Shown in pieces: positions 27,896 through 38,663 of a stretch of DNA of 64,000 nucleotides. The position numbers and the translations under genes were made by a program. The notes beneath the pieces were generated by a model. The model ran no database searches and was not told where the DNA came from. It saw only the letters and a list, made by a program, of their open reading frames with translations. The stretch's first letter is position 1. Each line of letters opens with the position of its first letter. Origin of the DNA: Candidatus Limnocylindrus sp. (GTDB lineage Bacteria; Chloroflexota; Limnocylindria; Limnocylindrales; Limnocylindraceae); NCBI GenBank assembly GCA_040397175.1, contig JBBAWM010000002.1, positions 160,001 through 224,000 of the forward strand, given 5' to 3'.

Positions 27896-28252
27896 CTAGA
27901 TCAATTCAAGCTGCACGAGCGGCGCCGAATCGCCTTGTCGAATGCCAATCTTGGTGATGCGGCAGTAGCCCGACGTGCGGTTCGCATACTTCGGCACGAT
28001 CTCATCAAAGAGCTTCTCAACGACGAGCGGCTCTTCTGGCAGGGCTGCAATCACGGCGCGTCGGGCTGAAAGGCCACCCTTCTTGGCGAGCGTAATGATC
28101 TGCTCAACCTGCGGGCGAATCTCCTTGGCCTTGGCCTCCGTCGTCTGCACGCGCTCGTAGCGCAGCACCGAAACGATCAGGTTCTTGTACAGCGCGAGGC
28201 GCGGCCCTTGCTTGCGGGAGAGCTTACGTCCGCCAATCGCGTGCGAAGTCAT
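27896..28252 (-). CDS. rplQ: 50S ribosomal protein L17
   Basis: TTEAKAKE and RTSGYCRI motifs. Follows rpoA. Confidence 0.95.
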   Translation of the reverse strand: MTSHAIGGRKLSRKQGPRLALYKNLIVSVLRYERVQTTEAKAKEIRPQVEQIITLAKKGGLSARRAVIAALPEEPLVVEKLFDEIVPKYANRTSGYCRITKIGIRQGDSAPLVQLELI

Positions 28253-29259
28253 TAGGCTTTCTCCTCGTCGTCTGCGTCGCTCTCATCTTCATCGAAGATG
28301 GCATCGGCAGGGATGCTGCTCTCAGGCACGTCAAAACCGCGCTCAACAAGCTTCTCGCGGACCTCGTTCAGGCTCTTCTGACCGAAGTTGCGCAGCTTGA
28401 GGAGCTCCATCTCCCCGCCATCAAGGGCGGTGAGGAGCTGGCGCACCTTCAGGATGCCCGCTCGCTTCAGCGCGTTATAGGCGCGCATTGGCAGATCAAG
28501 GTCTTCAATCGAGAGGTCGAGCAGGTTGCCACCGGCCTCTACCGCTGGCGCCGCAACTGGGGCCTCGCCGAGGCCAGAGAATGCGGTGAACTGGTTGACC
28601 AGGATTGCTGCAGCCTTGCGGACAGCGGCCTCCGGCGTAATCGTGCCGTCGGTCTCGATCTCAAGGATGAGCTTCTCGCGGTCGACGTCCTGGCCGACGC
28701 GCGTGTTCTCAACGGTGAAGTTGACCTTGCGGACTGGTGTGAAGATTGCGTCCACGCTCATCACGCCCCGTGGTCGAACCTCGCCCTCAGGGTCCGCATC
28801 AACGCGGTCTGAAGAGACGTAGCCAACACCGGTCTCAACGACGAGCGTGGCTTCAATGCCCGCCTTGTCGGAGTCGAGCGTTGCAAGAACCAGCTCCGGG
28901 TTAACGATCTCAACCTGGCCATTCGGCTTGATGTCGCCAGCGGTGACCGGGCCAGCCCCCTTCTTTGAAAGGGTCAGCTCGATGCGCTCCTTCGCAAAGC
29001 TGCGGAGGCGAATCTTCTTAACGTTCAGAAGGATCTGCACAACGTCTTCGCGGACGCCTGGCAGCGAGGAGAACTCCTGCATCACGCCATCGATCTGCAC
29101 GGCGGTGACTGCAGCACCTTCCAGCGATCCGAGAAGCACGCGGCGAAGCGCGTTGCCGAGGGTGACGCCGTAGCCTGGCGCGAATGGGCCGGCCTCGTAC
29201 TTGCCGTACGAACCGAGCTCCTCGAGCGGGGCGATCTTGGTGGTCAGTGCATCGGACAT
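28252..29259 (-). CDS. rpoA: RNA polymerase alpha subunit
   Basis: GYGVTLGNALRRVLL, DAIFTPV and CTD LRNFGQKS motifs. Confidence 0.97.
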   Translation of the reverse strand: MSDALTTKIAPLEELGSYGKYEAGPFAPGYGVTLGNALRRVLLGSLEGAAVTAVQIDGVMQEFSSLPGVREDVVQILLNVKKIRLRSFAKERIELTLSKKGAGPVTAGDIKPNGQVEIVNPELVLATLDSDKAGIEATLVVETGVGYVSSDRVDADPEGEVRPRGVMSVDAIFTPVRKVNFTVENTRVGQDVDREKLILEIETDGTITPEAAVRKAAAILVNQFTAFSGLGEAPVAAPAVEAGGNLLDLSIEDLDLPMRAYNALKRAGILKVRQLLTALDGGEMELLKLRNFGQKSLNEVREKLVERGFDVPESSIPADAIFDEDESDADDEEKA

Positions 29260-29273
29260 GTTCTCTCTCCCTC

Positions 29274-29900
29274 TTACCGCGAGTAGAACTCGACGACGAG
29301 TTGTTCATTGAAGTCGCCCGGCATCTGATCGCGCCGCGGAGCAGCGACCACCGTACCGGTCAACTTTGTGGCATCCACGCGGAGCCACTCCTGAATGCCG
29401 TTGCCTGAAAGTGAGCCTGCGGCCTCCTTGAACGGCCCAATGTCGGCTCGCCCATCGCGGACCGAGATGGTGTCGCCTGGCTTCAACGAATAGGACGGAA
29501 TGTTTACCGCATGCCCGTTGATGGCAAGGTGGCCGTGGGTGATCAACTGGCGCGCCTGATCTCGCGAAGCGGCGAGTCCAAGACGATAGACGACGTTGTC
29601 GAATCGCAGCTCAAGGAGGCGGAGCAAATTCTCGCCCGTCACGTCGGTGCCACGCTCGGCCGCCTCAAAGAGGCGACGGAACTGGGTCTCACCAATGCGG
29701 TAGACACGGCGCATCTTCTGCTTCTCTCGCAGCTGCAGGCCGTAGTCACCAACCTTGCGGCGGCGCATCATGTGCATTCCTGGAGGGGTCGGGCGCTTCT
29801 CGAACGAGCACTTCTTCGTGTAGCAGCGCGCACCCTTCAAGAAGAGCTTCGCGCCCTCTCGACGGCACTGGCGGCAGACTGGCCCGGTATCTCGACCCAT
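29274..29900 (-). CDS. rpsD: 30S ribosomal protein S4 (Zn-ribbon type)
   Basis: CRQCRREG..C..KC, QLREKQK and ARQLITHGH motifs. Confidence 0.97.
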   Translation of the reverse strand: MGRDTGPVCRQCRREGAKLFLKGARCYTKKCSFEKRPTPPGMHMMRRRKVGDYGLQLREKQKMRRVYRIGETQFRRLFEAAERGTDVTGENLLRLLELRFDNVVYRLGLAASRDQARQLITHGHLAINGHAVNIPSYSLKPGDTISVRDGRADIGPFKEAAGSLSGNGIQEWLRVDATKLTGTVVAAPRRDQMPGDFNEQLVVEFYSR

Positions 29901-29912
29901 GCTTCTACTCCC

Positions 29913-30314
29913 CTAGACTCGGCGCTTCTTTGGAGGACGGCAGCCATTGTGCGGCAGCGGCGTCACATCGGTGATGGCGGTGATATCGAGGCCCGCGGTC
30001 TGTAGTCCGCGGATCGCCTGCTCGCGTCCGGCGCCTGGCCCCTTCACGAACACGGCGACGGAGCGAAGTCCGTGCTCCATTGCCTTGCGTGCGGCTGATT
30101 CGGCTCCGAGCGACGCGGCGTACGGCGTGCTCTTGCGGGAGCCCTTGAAGCCAGCGACGCCACCCGAGCCCCACGAGAGCACCGCACCCGTAAGGTCGGT
30201 GATCGAGACGAGCGTGTTGTTGAACGACGCGGCGATGTGCACGTGGCCGACCGGCACGTTCTTCTTCTCGCGGCGTCGAACCTTTGGTGCGCGCTTCTTC
30301 TTCTCTTCAGCCAT
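29913..30314 (-). CDS. rpsK: 30S ribosomal protein S11
   Basis: [13 protein letters not shown] and [18 protein letters not shown] motifs. Confidence 0.97.
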   Translation of the reverse strand: MAEEKKKRAPKVRRREKKNVPVGHVHIAASFNNTLVSITDLTGAVLSWGSGGVAGFKGSRKSTPYAASLGAESAARKAMEHGLRSVAVFVKGPGAGREQAIRGLQTAGLDITAITDVTPLPHNGCRPPKKRRV

Positions 30315-30322
30315 CTCTCTAC

Positions 30323-30700
30323 CTACTTCTTCTCAATCTTCTTGCCGGCGACGGTCTTGCGTGCGCCACGGCGCTGTCGTGCATTGGTCTTCGTGCGCTG
30401 GCCGCGCGATGGAAGGTTCTTGCGATGTCGGGTGCCTCGGTAGGTACCAACCTCGATCAGTCGCTTGATGTTCATGGCGATCTCGCGGCGCAGGTCACCT
30501 TCGACCTTGCGGCCCTTATCGATGACTTCACGAAGTCGGTTGACCTGGTCTTCAGTAAGGTCACGTACGCGCATGTCGGGATTGATGGAGGTCTGCGCCA
30601 AGATCTTCTGGCTGGTGGTCAGACCGATGCCGAAGATGTAGGTGAGGGCGATCTCAACACGCTTTTCGCGCGGAATATCAACGCCTGCAATACGAGCCAT
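30323..30700 (-). CDS. rpsM: 30S ribosomal protein S13
   Basis: [10 protein letters not shown] and [10 protein letters not shown] motifs. Confidence 0.97.
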   Translation of the reverse strand: MARIAGVDIPREKRVEIALTYIFGIGLTTSQKILAQTSINPDMRVRDLTEDQVNRLREVIDKGRKVEGDLRREIAMNIKRLIEVGTYRGTRHRKNLPSRGQRTKTNARQRRGARKTVAGKKIEKK

Positions 30701-30703
30701 CAG

Positions 30704-30817
30704 TTAACCCTGGCGCTGCTTGTGCTTCGGGTTTTCGCAAATGACCATGACGCGACCGTGCCGCTTAATCACGAGGCACTTGTCGCAACGAACCTTAACC
30801 GACGCAGATACTTTCAC
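30704..30817 (-). CDS. rpmJ: 50S ribosomal protein L36 (Zn-binding)
   Basis: Read manually: [37 protein letters not shown], with SD AGGAG. Confidence 0.95.
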   Translation of the reverse strand: MKVSASVKVRCDKCLVIKRHGRVMVICENPKHKQRQG

Positions 30818-30854
30818 TCGTTCTCCTGCTGTGAGCGGCGCACCGCTCGTGCTG

Positions 30855-31076
30855 CTACTTCAACCGGTAGGTGATCCGACCCTGGGTCAGATCGTATGGC
30901 GAGAGTTCGACCTTCACCCGATCACCTGGAAGGATTCGGATGAAATTCGTCCGAAGCTTTCCACTGATGTAGGCGCGGATCCGGTGGCCATTCTCAAGCT
31001 CGATCACGAACGATGTGTTCGGAAGCGGCTCTACAACGGTCCCCTCGACCTCGATCGAATCCTTCTTCGCCAACAA
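30855..31076 (-). CDS. infA: Translation initiation factor IF-1
   Basis: [27 protein letters not shown] motifs. TTG start. Confidence 0.96.
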   Translation of the reverse strand: MLAKKDSIEVEGTVVEPLPNTSFVIELENGHRIRAYISGKLRTNFIRILPGDRVKVELSPYDLTQGRITYRLK

Positions 31077-31194
31077 ACCCCCGATCAGAACGCGTTACTG
31101 GATCTCGGAAGACCGAGACGGCGCGCTACTGAGTCCGCAGACGCGCGAAGGAAGACAATAGCAGAGCCCCACGATCCACGCACGAGGAGGGCGT

Positions 31195-31950
31195 TCATGA
31201 CCCCCTCGTCAGGATGGTGGAACCCCCCGCCTCGATGGCGATGCTCTCTTCCCAGTGAGCTGCGAGGCCCCCGTCAATTGTTACAACCGTCCATTCGTCG
31301 TCCATCACCCCCACCTCAGGCGACCCGAGGGTGAGCATCGGCTCGATCGCCAGGCAGTGGCCCTCCGCCAGGGTCAGACTCTTGCGGCCGGTGCGGTAGT
31401 TGGGCACCTGCGGCGCCTCGTGCATGGCACGGCCGATGCCATGCCCGACGTAGGGGCGCACGATCCCGTACCCCGCCCGGAGGGCGACATCCTCGACCGC
31501 TCCAGAGATCTCTTCAATCGTGGCCCCGGGCCGGGCCGCCGCGATGCCAGCGTCGAGCGCCTCGCGAGTCACCGCCACCAAGCGCGTCGCCTCCGGCGAG
31601 CCCTCGCCAACCACGAAGCTCCGCGCTCCGTCGGCGTGCCAGCCCTCCCAGATGGCCCCCGCATCGATCGAGACGAGCATCCCATCCTTGATTTCTCGGT
31701 CACCAGGGATGCCATGCACCACCTCGCTATCCAGCGAGATGCAGATCACGGACGGGAAGCCGTGGTAGCCCTTGAAGTTTGAGGTCGCGCCATGCCGCGT
31801 AATGCAGCGTTCGGCGATCGCATTGAGTTCGGCGGTGCTCGCACCGGGGATAGCCGCCTCGCGCACGAGGTCATGAATCTCGGCCACAATGGCGCCCGCG
31901 CGCCGCATCAAGGCGATCTCTGCTGGGCTCTTCCGCGTAATTGTCCCCAT
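31195..31950 (-). CDS. map: Methionine aminopeptidase type I
   Basis: VVHGIP, GHGIG..MHE.P, AIEPM and AAHWE motifs. Confidence 0.95.
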   Translation of the reverse strand: MGTITRKSPAEIALMRRAGAIVAEIHDLVREAAIPGASTAELNAIAERCITRHGATSNFKGYHGFPSVICISLDSEVVHGIPGDREIKDGMLVSIDAGAIWEGWHADGARSFVVGEGSPEATRLVAVTREALDAGIAAARPGATIEEISGAVEDVALRAGYGIVRPYVGHGIGRAMHEAPQVPNYRTGRKSLTLAEGHCLAIEPMLTLGSPEVGVMDDEWTVVTIDGGLAAHWEESIAIEAGGSTILTRGS

Positions 31951-31954
31951 GAAC

Positions 31955-32611
31955 CTACGCCGTTAAGCCAGCGGCCGCGGCGGCCGCCGCCAGTCGACCT
32001 TGAACCTGGTCGATAGCACCGACCCCGTCGACCTCAGTGAGCCGGCCAGCTGACCGATAGAGCTCGACGACTGAATCGAGGGCGGTGAGCTGGTTCTCGA
32101 GTCGTGCCGCCACCGTGGCGGGTGCGTCATCACTGCGGGTGATCAGCGCCGTGGCACACACATCGCACAGCCCAGCCTGCTGCGGTGGGCGGCTGATGAG
32201 GTGGTAGGAGCGCCCGCAGGAGGGGCAGACGCGACGCGCAGTGAGGCGCTCTTCTAGTAGTGCGCGATCTACCTTGAGCAGCACGGCGCGGATCGAGCGA
32301 CCACTGGTCGCATACGCCGCATCGAGTGCCGTCGCCTGTGCAGGATTGCGCGGAAATCCGTCGAGGATGACGCGATTCGCTGCGTCCGGTTGGGCGAGAC
32401 GCGCCTGGATCATGTTGATCGTCACCGCATCCGGAACAAGTTGCCCAGCGTCAATGAATTGCTTTGCGGCAACGCCCAGTGGTGAGCCAGCAGCGATTTC
32501 AGCACGGAAGAGGTCGCCTGTTGCAACGTGGGCTGCCCCCGTTGCTGCGGAGAGTGCCTCCGCTTGCGTCCCTTTCCCTGCGCCTGGGGCGCCGAGAAGG
32601 ACGAGGATCAC
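31955..32611 (-). CDS. adk: Adenylate kinase (Zn LID)
   Basis: GAPGAGKGTQ, LDGFPR and CPSC...CDVC motifs. Confidence 0.96.
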   Translation of the reverse strand: MILVLLGAPGAGKGTQAEALSAATGAAHVATGDLFRAEIAAGSPLGVAAKQFIDAGQLVPDAVTINMIQARLAQPDAANRVILDGFPRNPAQATALDAAYATSGRSIRAVLLKVDRALLEERLTARRVCPSCGRSYHLISRPPQQAGLCDVCATALITRSDDAPATVAARLENQLTALDSVVELYRSAGRLTEVDGVGAIDQVQGRLAAAAAAAGLTA

Positions 32612-33897
32612 TTAATAAAGCCCTCGTAATTTCGCATCAACATCTGAGCCTCGAGCTGCTTCATCGTCTCCACGACAACGCTCACCGCAATGAGAAGGCC
32701 GGTGCCACCAAGGCTGACACCAAGGCCGCCAAGGTCACCGAAGAGTGTGCCGAGGGCGTACGGCGAGACGGCAACGAGTCCAAGGAAGAGCGAGCCGAGC
32801 AGGGTGATCCGTGTGACCACCTTCCCGAGATACTCCTGCGTTGGCATTCCTGGGCGAATGCCTGGAATGTAGCCACCGTTCTTGCGCAGCTGGTCTGCGG
32901 TTTCGTCGGGCTTGAAGGTGAACGCCGTATAGAAGTAGGTGAAGGCGACGGTCAGCGTGAAGTAGAAGGGCAAGTAGACCAGCTTATTCTGTGGCCCGAG
33001 TGTATCGACGATCCACTGGGCGCCAGCCTTGACCCACGTTACCTCTGATGCCGTGAAGTAGCCCGCAATCTGCGCGGGGAAGAGCAGGATGCTCATCGAG
33101 AAGATGATCGGGATCACGCCGGCCTGGTTCACCTTGAGTGGCAGGAAGGTGCGACCCCCCTGATAGACGCGGTTACCGCGAACGCGACTGGCGTATTCGA
33201 CAGGAATTCGACGCTGCCCCTCGGTAATCAAGATAATTGCCGCAACAGCTGCCGCACCCACCACGGCGAAGGCGAGTAGCACGGCGAGATCTGGCGCAGT
33301 AAAGAACTGCTGAATGGCACCTGGAACTCGACCGATGATGCCGGCGAAGATGATGAAGCTGATGCCGTTGCCGATGCCCCGCTCAGTGACCAGTTCGCCG
33401 ATCCACATCAGGAGGAGCGAGCCGGTGGTGAGGATGACAATCTGCACCAGGGTCTCTGGGCTGGCGAGGTCAAAGTTCGTCTTGAGAACCTTCTGGCTAT
33501 TCAGCAACGCAAGGAAGGCATAGCTCTGCAGCGCTGCAAGCGGCACCGTCAGGTAGCGAGTGTACTGATTGATCTTGTTGCGACCGTACTCACCCTCACG
33601 GCTGAGCTCGATGAGGCGCGGCACGACGCCGCTCATGAGCTGCATGATGATCGAGGCGTTGATGTATGGGTTCAAGCCGAGGCCGACCACGCTGAATCGC
33701 GCCAGTCCGCCACCCGAGAAGAGGTCAAGGAGGCCGAAGAGGGCGTTGTCTTTGAAGAAGCTTGAGAGGGCCGCTGGGTCGGCGCCTGGCACGGGGACAT
33801 GGCTCAGAAGGCGGAAGACGACGAGCATCGCGGCGACGAAGAAGAGCTTGCGTCGGATCTCGGGGGTTCGGAACGCGTTCACTAGGGTGTCAATCAT
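32608..33897 (-). CDS. secY: Preprotein translocase SecY
   Basis: PYINASIIMQL, GIGNGIS, AGVIPIIF and IPGIRPG motifs. Confidence 0.97.
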   Translation of the reverse strand: MIDTLVNAFRTPEIRRKLFFVAAMLVVFRLLSHVPVPGADPAALSSFFKDNALFGLLDLFSGGGLARFSVVGLGLNPYINASIIMQLMSGVVPRLIELSREGEYGRNKINQYTRYLTVPLAALQSYAFLALLNSQKVLKTNFDLASPETLVQIVILTTGSLLLMWIGELVTERGIGNGISFIIFAGIIGRVPGAIQQFFTAPDLAVLLAFAVVGAAAVAAIILITEGQRRIPVEYASRVRGNRVYQGGRTFLPLKVNQAGVIPIIFSMSILLFPAQIAGYFTASEVTWVKAGAQWIVDTLGPQNKLVYLPFYFTLTVAFTYFYTAFTFKPDETADQLRKNGGYIPGIRPGMPTQEYLGKVVTRITLLGSLFLGLVAVSPYALGTLFGDLGGLGVSLGGTGLLIAVSVVVETMKQLEAQMLMRNYEGFIK

Positions 33898-33953
33898 CGT
33901 TCGTCTCCTCCACCGCTCACTGTAGGCGCAACGCGCCTACCTGCGTCCTAACC

Positions 33954-34547
33954 TTAGGCGTCTGCGCCGTCAGCCTTTGCGGCCTTGGGGGCACGCTTTG
34001 CTGGGGCCTTCTTGCCGGGCGTTGGGGCGTTCTTCCCCGCCTTCACCCCTACTGGGGCTGCCGAGGCGGGAGTGGCGCTCTCGTACACCGTGATGTCACC
34101 GCCGGCCGCCTTGATCTTGGCGACGGCGCTGTCGGTAAAGGCGTTCGCGGCAAAGAGGATCTTCGCGGAGATCTCGCCTGTGCCGAGCACTTTCAACGGC
34201 TTTCCTCGAGTCTTGAGGAGACCCGCTGCGGCGAGGATGTCAGCGTTGACGCTGAGCGGGCTCTCGCCCTTCAGGCGCCCGGCGTCGATCCACTGCTGAA
34301 TGCGACCGACATTGACGACGGCAACTTCAACGCGCAAGACATTGCGGAAGCCGCGAAGCTTTGGAATTCGGCGATGAATTGGCGTCTGGCCGCCTTCGAA
34401 CCACGCTGGGATGCTCCCGCCGCTTCGTGAGGTCTGACCCTTCGTACCGTAACCGGCAGTCTTTCCGCGCCCAGCGGCAATACCGCGACCGACGCGAATG
34501 CGCTTCTTCTTTGACCCTGGTGCTGGCTGCAGATCATGGAGCTTCAC
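33954..34547 (-). CDS. rplO: 50S ribosomal protein L15 with C-terminal tail
   Basis: RVGRG, FEGGQTP and KVLGTG motifs. Confidence 0.95.
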   Translation of the reverse strand: MKLHDLQPAPGSKKKRIRVGRGIAAGRGKTAGYGTKGQTSRSGGSIPAWFEGGQTPIHRRIPKLRGFRNVLRVEVAVVNVGRIQQWIDAGRLKGESPLSVNADILAAAGLLKTRGKPLKVLGTGEISAKILFAANAFTDSAVAKIKAAGGDITVYESATPASAAPVGVKAGKNAPTPGKKAPAKRAPKAAKADGADA

Positions 34548-34828
34548 TTAGTCACCTTCGCCTTCTTCACCTTGGCAGGCTTCTTCGCCTTCTGTGCCTT
34601 CTTCGTTGCAACCGCAGTGGCCGCCGTTGCCGCCTCGGCGCCGGTCAACTCATCGAGCGAGACGAGGAAGTTCACCTGGCGCACCATGCCGCGCACGGCA
34701 GGATTGTCAGGAAGGAGATTCGTATCACCGATTCGGTCGAGGCCAAGGGCGCGGATCGTGCCGCGGTTACGCGCCACATGCCCGAGCTCGCTCTTGACCT
34801 GAGTAACCTTGATGTACTTCTCAGCCAT
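34544..34828 (-). CDS. rpmD: 50S ribosomal protein L30 with Ala/Lys tail
   Basis: IKVTQVKS...TIRALGL...AVRGMV. Start trimmed to ATG 34828. Confidence 0.9.
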   Translation of the reverse strand: MAEKYIKVTQVKSELGHVARNRGTIRALGLDRIGDTNLLPDNPAVRGMVRQVNFLVSLDELTGAEAATAATAVATKKAQKAKKPAKVKKAKVTK

Positions 34829-35354
34829 GGTGCACCTCTGGTGCCGACTCTTGCCCGCCGACTCGGATGCGGACGCGCTTGCCACGCGCAGCTGAGATCT
34901 GCTCAGCGGTGCGCAGTTGCGAGAGTGCTTCAATCGCGGCGCGGGTTGCGTTCACGGGGTTCGACGAACCGTAGACCTTGGAGAGAATGTCGTGAATGCC
35001 CGCAGCGGTGATGATCGCGCGGATCGCGCCACCGGCGATCACGCCGGTTCCCTGCGAGGCTGGCTTCAGCATCACGCGGCTCGCGGAGTGCTCGGCTGAC
35101 ACTTCGTGTGGAATGGTGGTGCCAAGGAACGGCACGCGGATCAAGTTTTTCTTCGCGTCTTCGGTCCCCTTGCGAATCGACTCCGGCACTTCGCCAGCCT
35201 TGCCGATGCCAACGCCCACGTGGCCCTGGCCATCGCCAACGACGACGAGCGCCGAGAAGGTGAAGCGGCGACCGCCCTTCACTACCTTCGCTACGCGGTT
35301 GATCTGCACGACCTTCTCTGCGAGGGTCAGCTTCGACGCGTCAATTCTCGCCAT
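34821..35354 (-). CDS. rpsE: 30S ribosomal protein S5
   Basis: [13 protein letters not shown] and GTGVIAGG motifs. Confidence 0.97.
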   Translation of the reverse strand: MARIDASKLTLAEKVVQINRVAKVVKGGRRFTFSALVVVGDGQGHVGVGIGKAGEVPESIRKGTEDAKKNLIRVPFLGTTIPHEVSAEHSASRVMLKPASQGTGVIAGGAIRAIITAAGIHDILSKVYGSSNPVNATRAAIEALSQLRTAEQISAARGKRVRIRVGGQESAPEVHHG

Positions 35355-35366
35355 CTCAGTGCCCTC

Positions 35367-35732
35367 CTAGAACTCAAGCCCGGCAGCCCGGGCAGCGTCT
35401 GCGAGCGCCTTAAGGCGCCCATGATATTTAAATCCAGCGCGGTCGAAGACCACCTTCGCCACTCCAGCGGCCTTGGCGCGCTGGGCAACAAGAGTGCCAA
35501 CTTCGGCAGCCTCCTGCACCTTCGTGCGCTTGGCGTCGCTCTTCACCGTTGCGTCGAGCGTTGACGCTGCTGCCAGGGTCTTGCCGGCTGCGTCATCAAT
35601 GACCTGCGCGTAGATGTGATTCAAGCTGCGGAAGATCGCGAGTCGCGGTCGCACGGCTGAGCCCTCAACCGTCAGTCGAATTCCAAAGTGTCGGCGCTTA
35701 CGCGACGCGACGCGTGTCGTTACGCGGCTCAC
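35367..35732 (-). CDS. rplR: 50S ribosomal protein L18
   Basis: RPRLAIFRS and [13 protein letters not shown] motifs. Confidence 0.96.
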   Translation of the reverse strand: MSRVTTRVASRKRRHFGIRLTVEGSAVRPRLAIFRSLNHIYAQVIDDAAGKTLAAASTLDATVKSDAKRTKVQEAAEVGTLVAQRAKAAGVAKVVFDRAGFKYHGRLKALADAARAAGLEF

Positions 35733-36277
35733 TTAGCACCAACCTTTCCGGCCTTACCAGCCTTGCGGCGGATAACCTCGTTGACATACTTGATGCCCTT
35801 CCCCTTGTACGGCTCAGGCTTACGGAGGGAACGGATCTCTGCAGCGATCTGGCCGACGAGCTCCTTGTTTGCGCCGAGAACGGCGACCTTCGTCTGGCCG
35901 TCCACTTCGAAGGTAATCCCGGCCGGGGGATTGATCTCAATTGGGTGGCTGTAGCCGAGGGCCAGGGTCAACTTGTTCCCCGCCTTCGCGGCGCGATAGC
36001 CGACGCCATTGATCTCAAGATCGGTGCGGAAGCCAGTGGCAACACCCTCGACCATATTGGCGATGAGGGTGCGGCAGAGGCCGTGCATCGAGCGATTGGT
36101 CTTGCTGTCATCAGGACGCGACACAGTGATCACGTCCGCCTCAAGGGTGAACGTCACGGCGCCAGGGATCTCACGCGAGAGGGTCCCCTTCGGTCCGGTG
36201 ACCGAAACGGTGCGACCCTCAATAGTGACCTTCACCCCTGCTGGTACGGCGATGGGCTTGCGTCCGATTCGTGACAT
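35729..36277 (-). CDS. rplF: 50S ribosomal protein L6
   Basis: MSRIG, GVGYRA and PEPYKGKGI motifs. Confidence 0.97.
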   Translation of the reverse strand: MSRIGRKPIAVPAGVKVTIEGRTVSVTGPKGTLSREIPGAVTFTLEADVITVSRPDDSKTNRSMHGLCRTLIANMVEGVATGFRTDLEINGVGYRAAKAGNKLTLALGYSHPIEINPPAGITFEVDGQTKVAVLGANKELVGQIAAEIRSLRKPEPYKGKGIKYVNEVIRRKAGKAGKVGAK

Positions 36278-36289
36278 CAGTCCCCTCCT

Positions 36290-36688
36290 CTACCAGACGT
36301 AGGCGAGGATCTCGCCGCCGAGCTGGGCCTTGTGGGCCTGCGCTCCGGTCATGATCCCCTTAGATGTGCTCAAGATGACAACACCGAGGCCGCCGAGCAC
36401 GCGCGGAATCTCTGTCTTACCAGCATAAACCCTTAGGCCAGGCTTGCTGATGCGCTTGAGGCCCGAGACGACAGGCACCTTGCCATCGACGTACTTCAGG
36501 GTGACCTGAAGGTAGTTCTCGGGGCCCTTCTTGGTCTCCACGAAGGACGCCACGAAGCCCTCATCCACGAGGATGCGAGCCATCTGAAGCTTCAACTTGG
36601 AGGCCGGAACCAGCACCTCAGCATGCCGCGCGCGCGACGCGTTCCGGATGCGAGTAAGCATGTCTGCGATTGGATCAGTGACGTTCAT
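36290..36688 (-). CDS. rpsH: 30S ribosomal protein S8
   Basis: [12 protein letters not shown] and ISKPGLRVY motifs. Confidence 0.97.
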   Translation of the reverse strand: MNVTDPIADMLTRIRNASRARHAEVLVPASKLKLQMARILVDEGFVASFVETKKGPENYLQVTLKYVDGKVPVVSGLKRISKPGLRVYAGKTEIPRVLGGLGVVILSTSKGIMTGAQAHKAQLGGEILAYVW

Positions 36689-36692
36689 ATTC

Positions 36693-36878
36693 TCACCAAC
36701 TCGACTTCGTTACGCCCGGAATCATGCCGACCAGGGCACGCTCTCGGAAACAGATTCGGCAGAGGCCGAACCGACGGATGAATGCGCGTGGACGCCCGCA
36801 GAGGGCGCAACGGCTGTACTTCCGCGTAGAAAACTTTGCCGGTGCTGCCGACTTTAGTACCAACGACTTCTTTGCCAT
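36693..36878 (-). CDS. rpsN: 30S ribosomal protein S14 (type Z, Zn-binding)
   Basis: 61 aa with CALC...CRIC. Confidence 0.95.
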   Translation of the reverse strand: MAKKSLVLKSAAPAKFSTRKYSRCALCGRPRAFIRRFGLCRICFRERALVGMIPGVTKSSW

Positions 36879-36888
36879 CTCAGCCCCC

Positions 36889-37428
36889 TCAGTTCGCGAA
36901 CGGCATGCCGAGCATAGAGAGGAGCTTCTTAGACTCCTCGTCGCTCTTCGCCGTCGTTACGATTGTGACCTCGAGACCTCGAAGTCGGTCGATCTTGTCG
37001 AATTCCACCTCGGGGAAGGAGAGCTGCTCCTTCATGCCCAGGGTGTAGTTACCACGGCCATCGAATGACTTACCCGACACTCCGCGGAAGTCACGGATGC
37101 GTGGCAGGGCGACCCGGGTGAGTCGCTCGAGGAAGTCCCACATGCGCACGCCGCGCAGGGTGACCTTTGCGCCGACGGGGTTCCCCTCGCGCACCTTGAA
37201 GGTTGCGATGGACTTCTTCGCCTTGGTGACGATCGCACGCTGACCGGTGATGAGGGCGAGGTCGCCCACGGCTGCATCCACCGCCTTGGCGTTGGTGAGT
37301 GCCTCGCCGAGCCCGATGTTGACCACGATTTTCTCGAGGCGTGGCACCTGCATCGCGTTGGTGTAACCAAACTCGCTCTTGAGGGCTGGAATTACCTCTG
37401 TCGTGTAGCGCTGCTTCAGCTGGCTCAC
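36889..37428 (-). CDS. rplE: 50S ribosomal protein L5
   Basis: [16 protein letters not shown] and FDGRGNY motifs. Start trimmed to GTG 37428. Confidence 0.96.
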   Translation of the reverse strand: MSQLKQRYTTEVIPALKSEFGYTNAMQVPRLEKIVVNIGLGEALTNAKAVDAAVGDLALITGQRAIVTKAKKSIATFKVREGNPVGAKVTLRGVRMWDFLERLTRVALPRIRDFRGVSGKSFDGRGNYTLGMKEQLSFPEVEFDKIDRLRGLEVTIVTTAKSDEESKKLLSMLGMPFAN

Positions 37429-37805
37429 TTGGCAGCCTCCTTCTTCGCGCCGATCACCGCACCGCAGCGGCCACAGAGGCGCTGCTTCTTGCCGTCGGCG
37501 GTTCGGCCTGCCTTGAGGCGAATTGGTCGGTCGCACTTCGGGCAGACGACAGCAACCTTCGCAAGTGCGAGCGGCATCGCTACCTCGATGATTCCGCCTG
37601 GCTCCATGGTTGGCGCCTGCGAACCGTTCGCCATCTTCTGGCGTGGCTTCTGATGCTTCTTCGCAACGTTCAGGCCGGTCACAACGACCTTTCCTGGCGT
37701 GACGAGGCGCTCAACGCTGCCGCGCTTCCCTGCATCCTTGCCGCTGAGCACCGAGACGGTGTCACCGACGCGAATCTCCGTGGTTGTCTCATAGATCGAA
37801 CGCAT
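37425..37805 (-). CDS. rplX: 50S ribosomal protein L24
   Basis: KOW motif [16 protein letters not shown] and CPKC/CGRC. Confidence 0.95.
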   Translation of the reverse strand: MRSIYETTTEIRVGDTVSVLSGKDAGKRGSVERLVTPGKVVVTGLNVAKKHQKPRQKMANGSQAPTMEPGGIIEVAMPLALAKVAVVCPKCDRPIRLKAGRTADGKKQRLCGRCGAVIGAKKEAAK

Positions 37806-38173
37806 TAGAGCACCTCCGGCGCGAGTGAAATGATCTTCATGTAGTCCCGGTCTCGCAGCTCGCGCGCGACTGGCCCAAAGATGCGGGTCCCTCGTGGGTT
37901 GCCGTCAGCGGCGATCAGAACGGCAGCGTTCTCATCGAAGCGGATCACGCTGCCATCAGGGCGCGAGATCTCCTTGACGGTGCGCACGACGACTGCCTTG
38001 ACGACATCGCCCTTCTTCACGCCGGCATTCGGCGTTGCCTGCTTTACCGCGGCAACGATGACGTCGCCTACGAACGCGGTGGTTGCCCGACCGCGACCGA
38101 GGATGCGGAAGCACTCGATCACCTTTGCGCCGGAGTTGTCAGCGACCCGGAGTCGGGTACCAGTCTGGATCAC
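37805..38173 (-). CDS. rplN: 50S ribosomal protein L14
   Basis: [20 protein letters not shown] and SLAPEVL motifs. Confidence 0.97.
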   Translation of the reverse strand: MIQTGTRLRVADNSGAKVIECFRILGRGRATTAFVGDVIVAAVKQATPNAGVKKGDVVKAVVVRTVKEISRPDGSVIRFDENAAVLIAADGNPRGTRIFGPVARELRDRDYMKIISLAPEVL

Positions 38174-38451
38174 AGTGCCCCCTCCTGCGACTCGCCACGC
38201 TTCACGACCTTGACGAGCGTCCAGCGCTTGCGGGCGCTGAGCGGTCGGGACTCTTCGACGGTCACGAGGTCGCCGATCTTGGCGTCGTTGAGCTCGTCGT
38301 GCGCCATAAATCGCGCAGTGCGGCGAATGACGCGCTTGTAGACGGGGTGCTGTGCGAGGCGCTCTACAGAGATCACGATCGTCTTGTCACCCTTATCGCT
38401 GACAACACGGCCGGTCTGTGTCTTGCGCTTTCCTAGATGCTGCTCGCTCAT
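38170..38451 (-). CDS. rpsQ: 30S ribosomal protein S17
   Basis: GRVVSDK, HPVYKR, AHDE and RPLS motifs. Start trimmed to ATG 38451. Confidence 0.95.
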   Translation of the reverse strand: MSEQHLGKRKTQTGRVVSDKGDKTIVISVERLAQHPVYKRVIRRTARFMAHDELNDAKIGDLVTVEESRPLSARKRWTLVKVVKRGESQEGAL

Positions 38452-38459
38452 AACTCCCC

Positions 38460-38663
38460 CTATGCCTTCTGTGCGGCCTGGCGCTCGGCCAGGACCATCA
38501 GCAGGCGCGCGATGGTCTTGCGCGTCTTGTTTACGACACTCGTGTCTTTCAACTGTCGGGTTGAGAGCTCGAATCGGGCCTGCCACAGGTCGCGCTTCGC
38601 GTCGGCAATGGCCTGGACCAGCTCGGCATCAGTCATGTTGCGGACCTGGGCGATCTCAATCAT
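38460..38663 (-). CDS. rpmC: 50S ribosomal protein L29
   Basis: Position in the cluster and RF...QLKDT...RKTIAR. Confidence 0.92.
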   Translation of the reverse strand: MIEIAQVRNMTDAELVQAIADAKRDLWQARFELSTRQLKDTSVVNKTRKTIARLLMVLAERQAAQKA

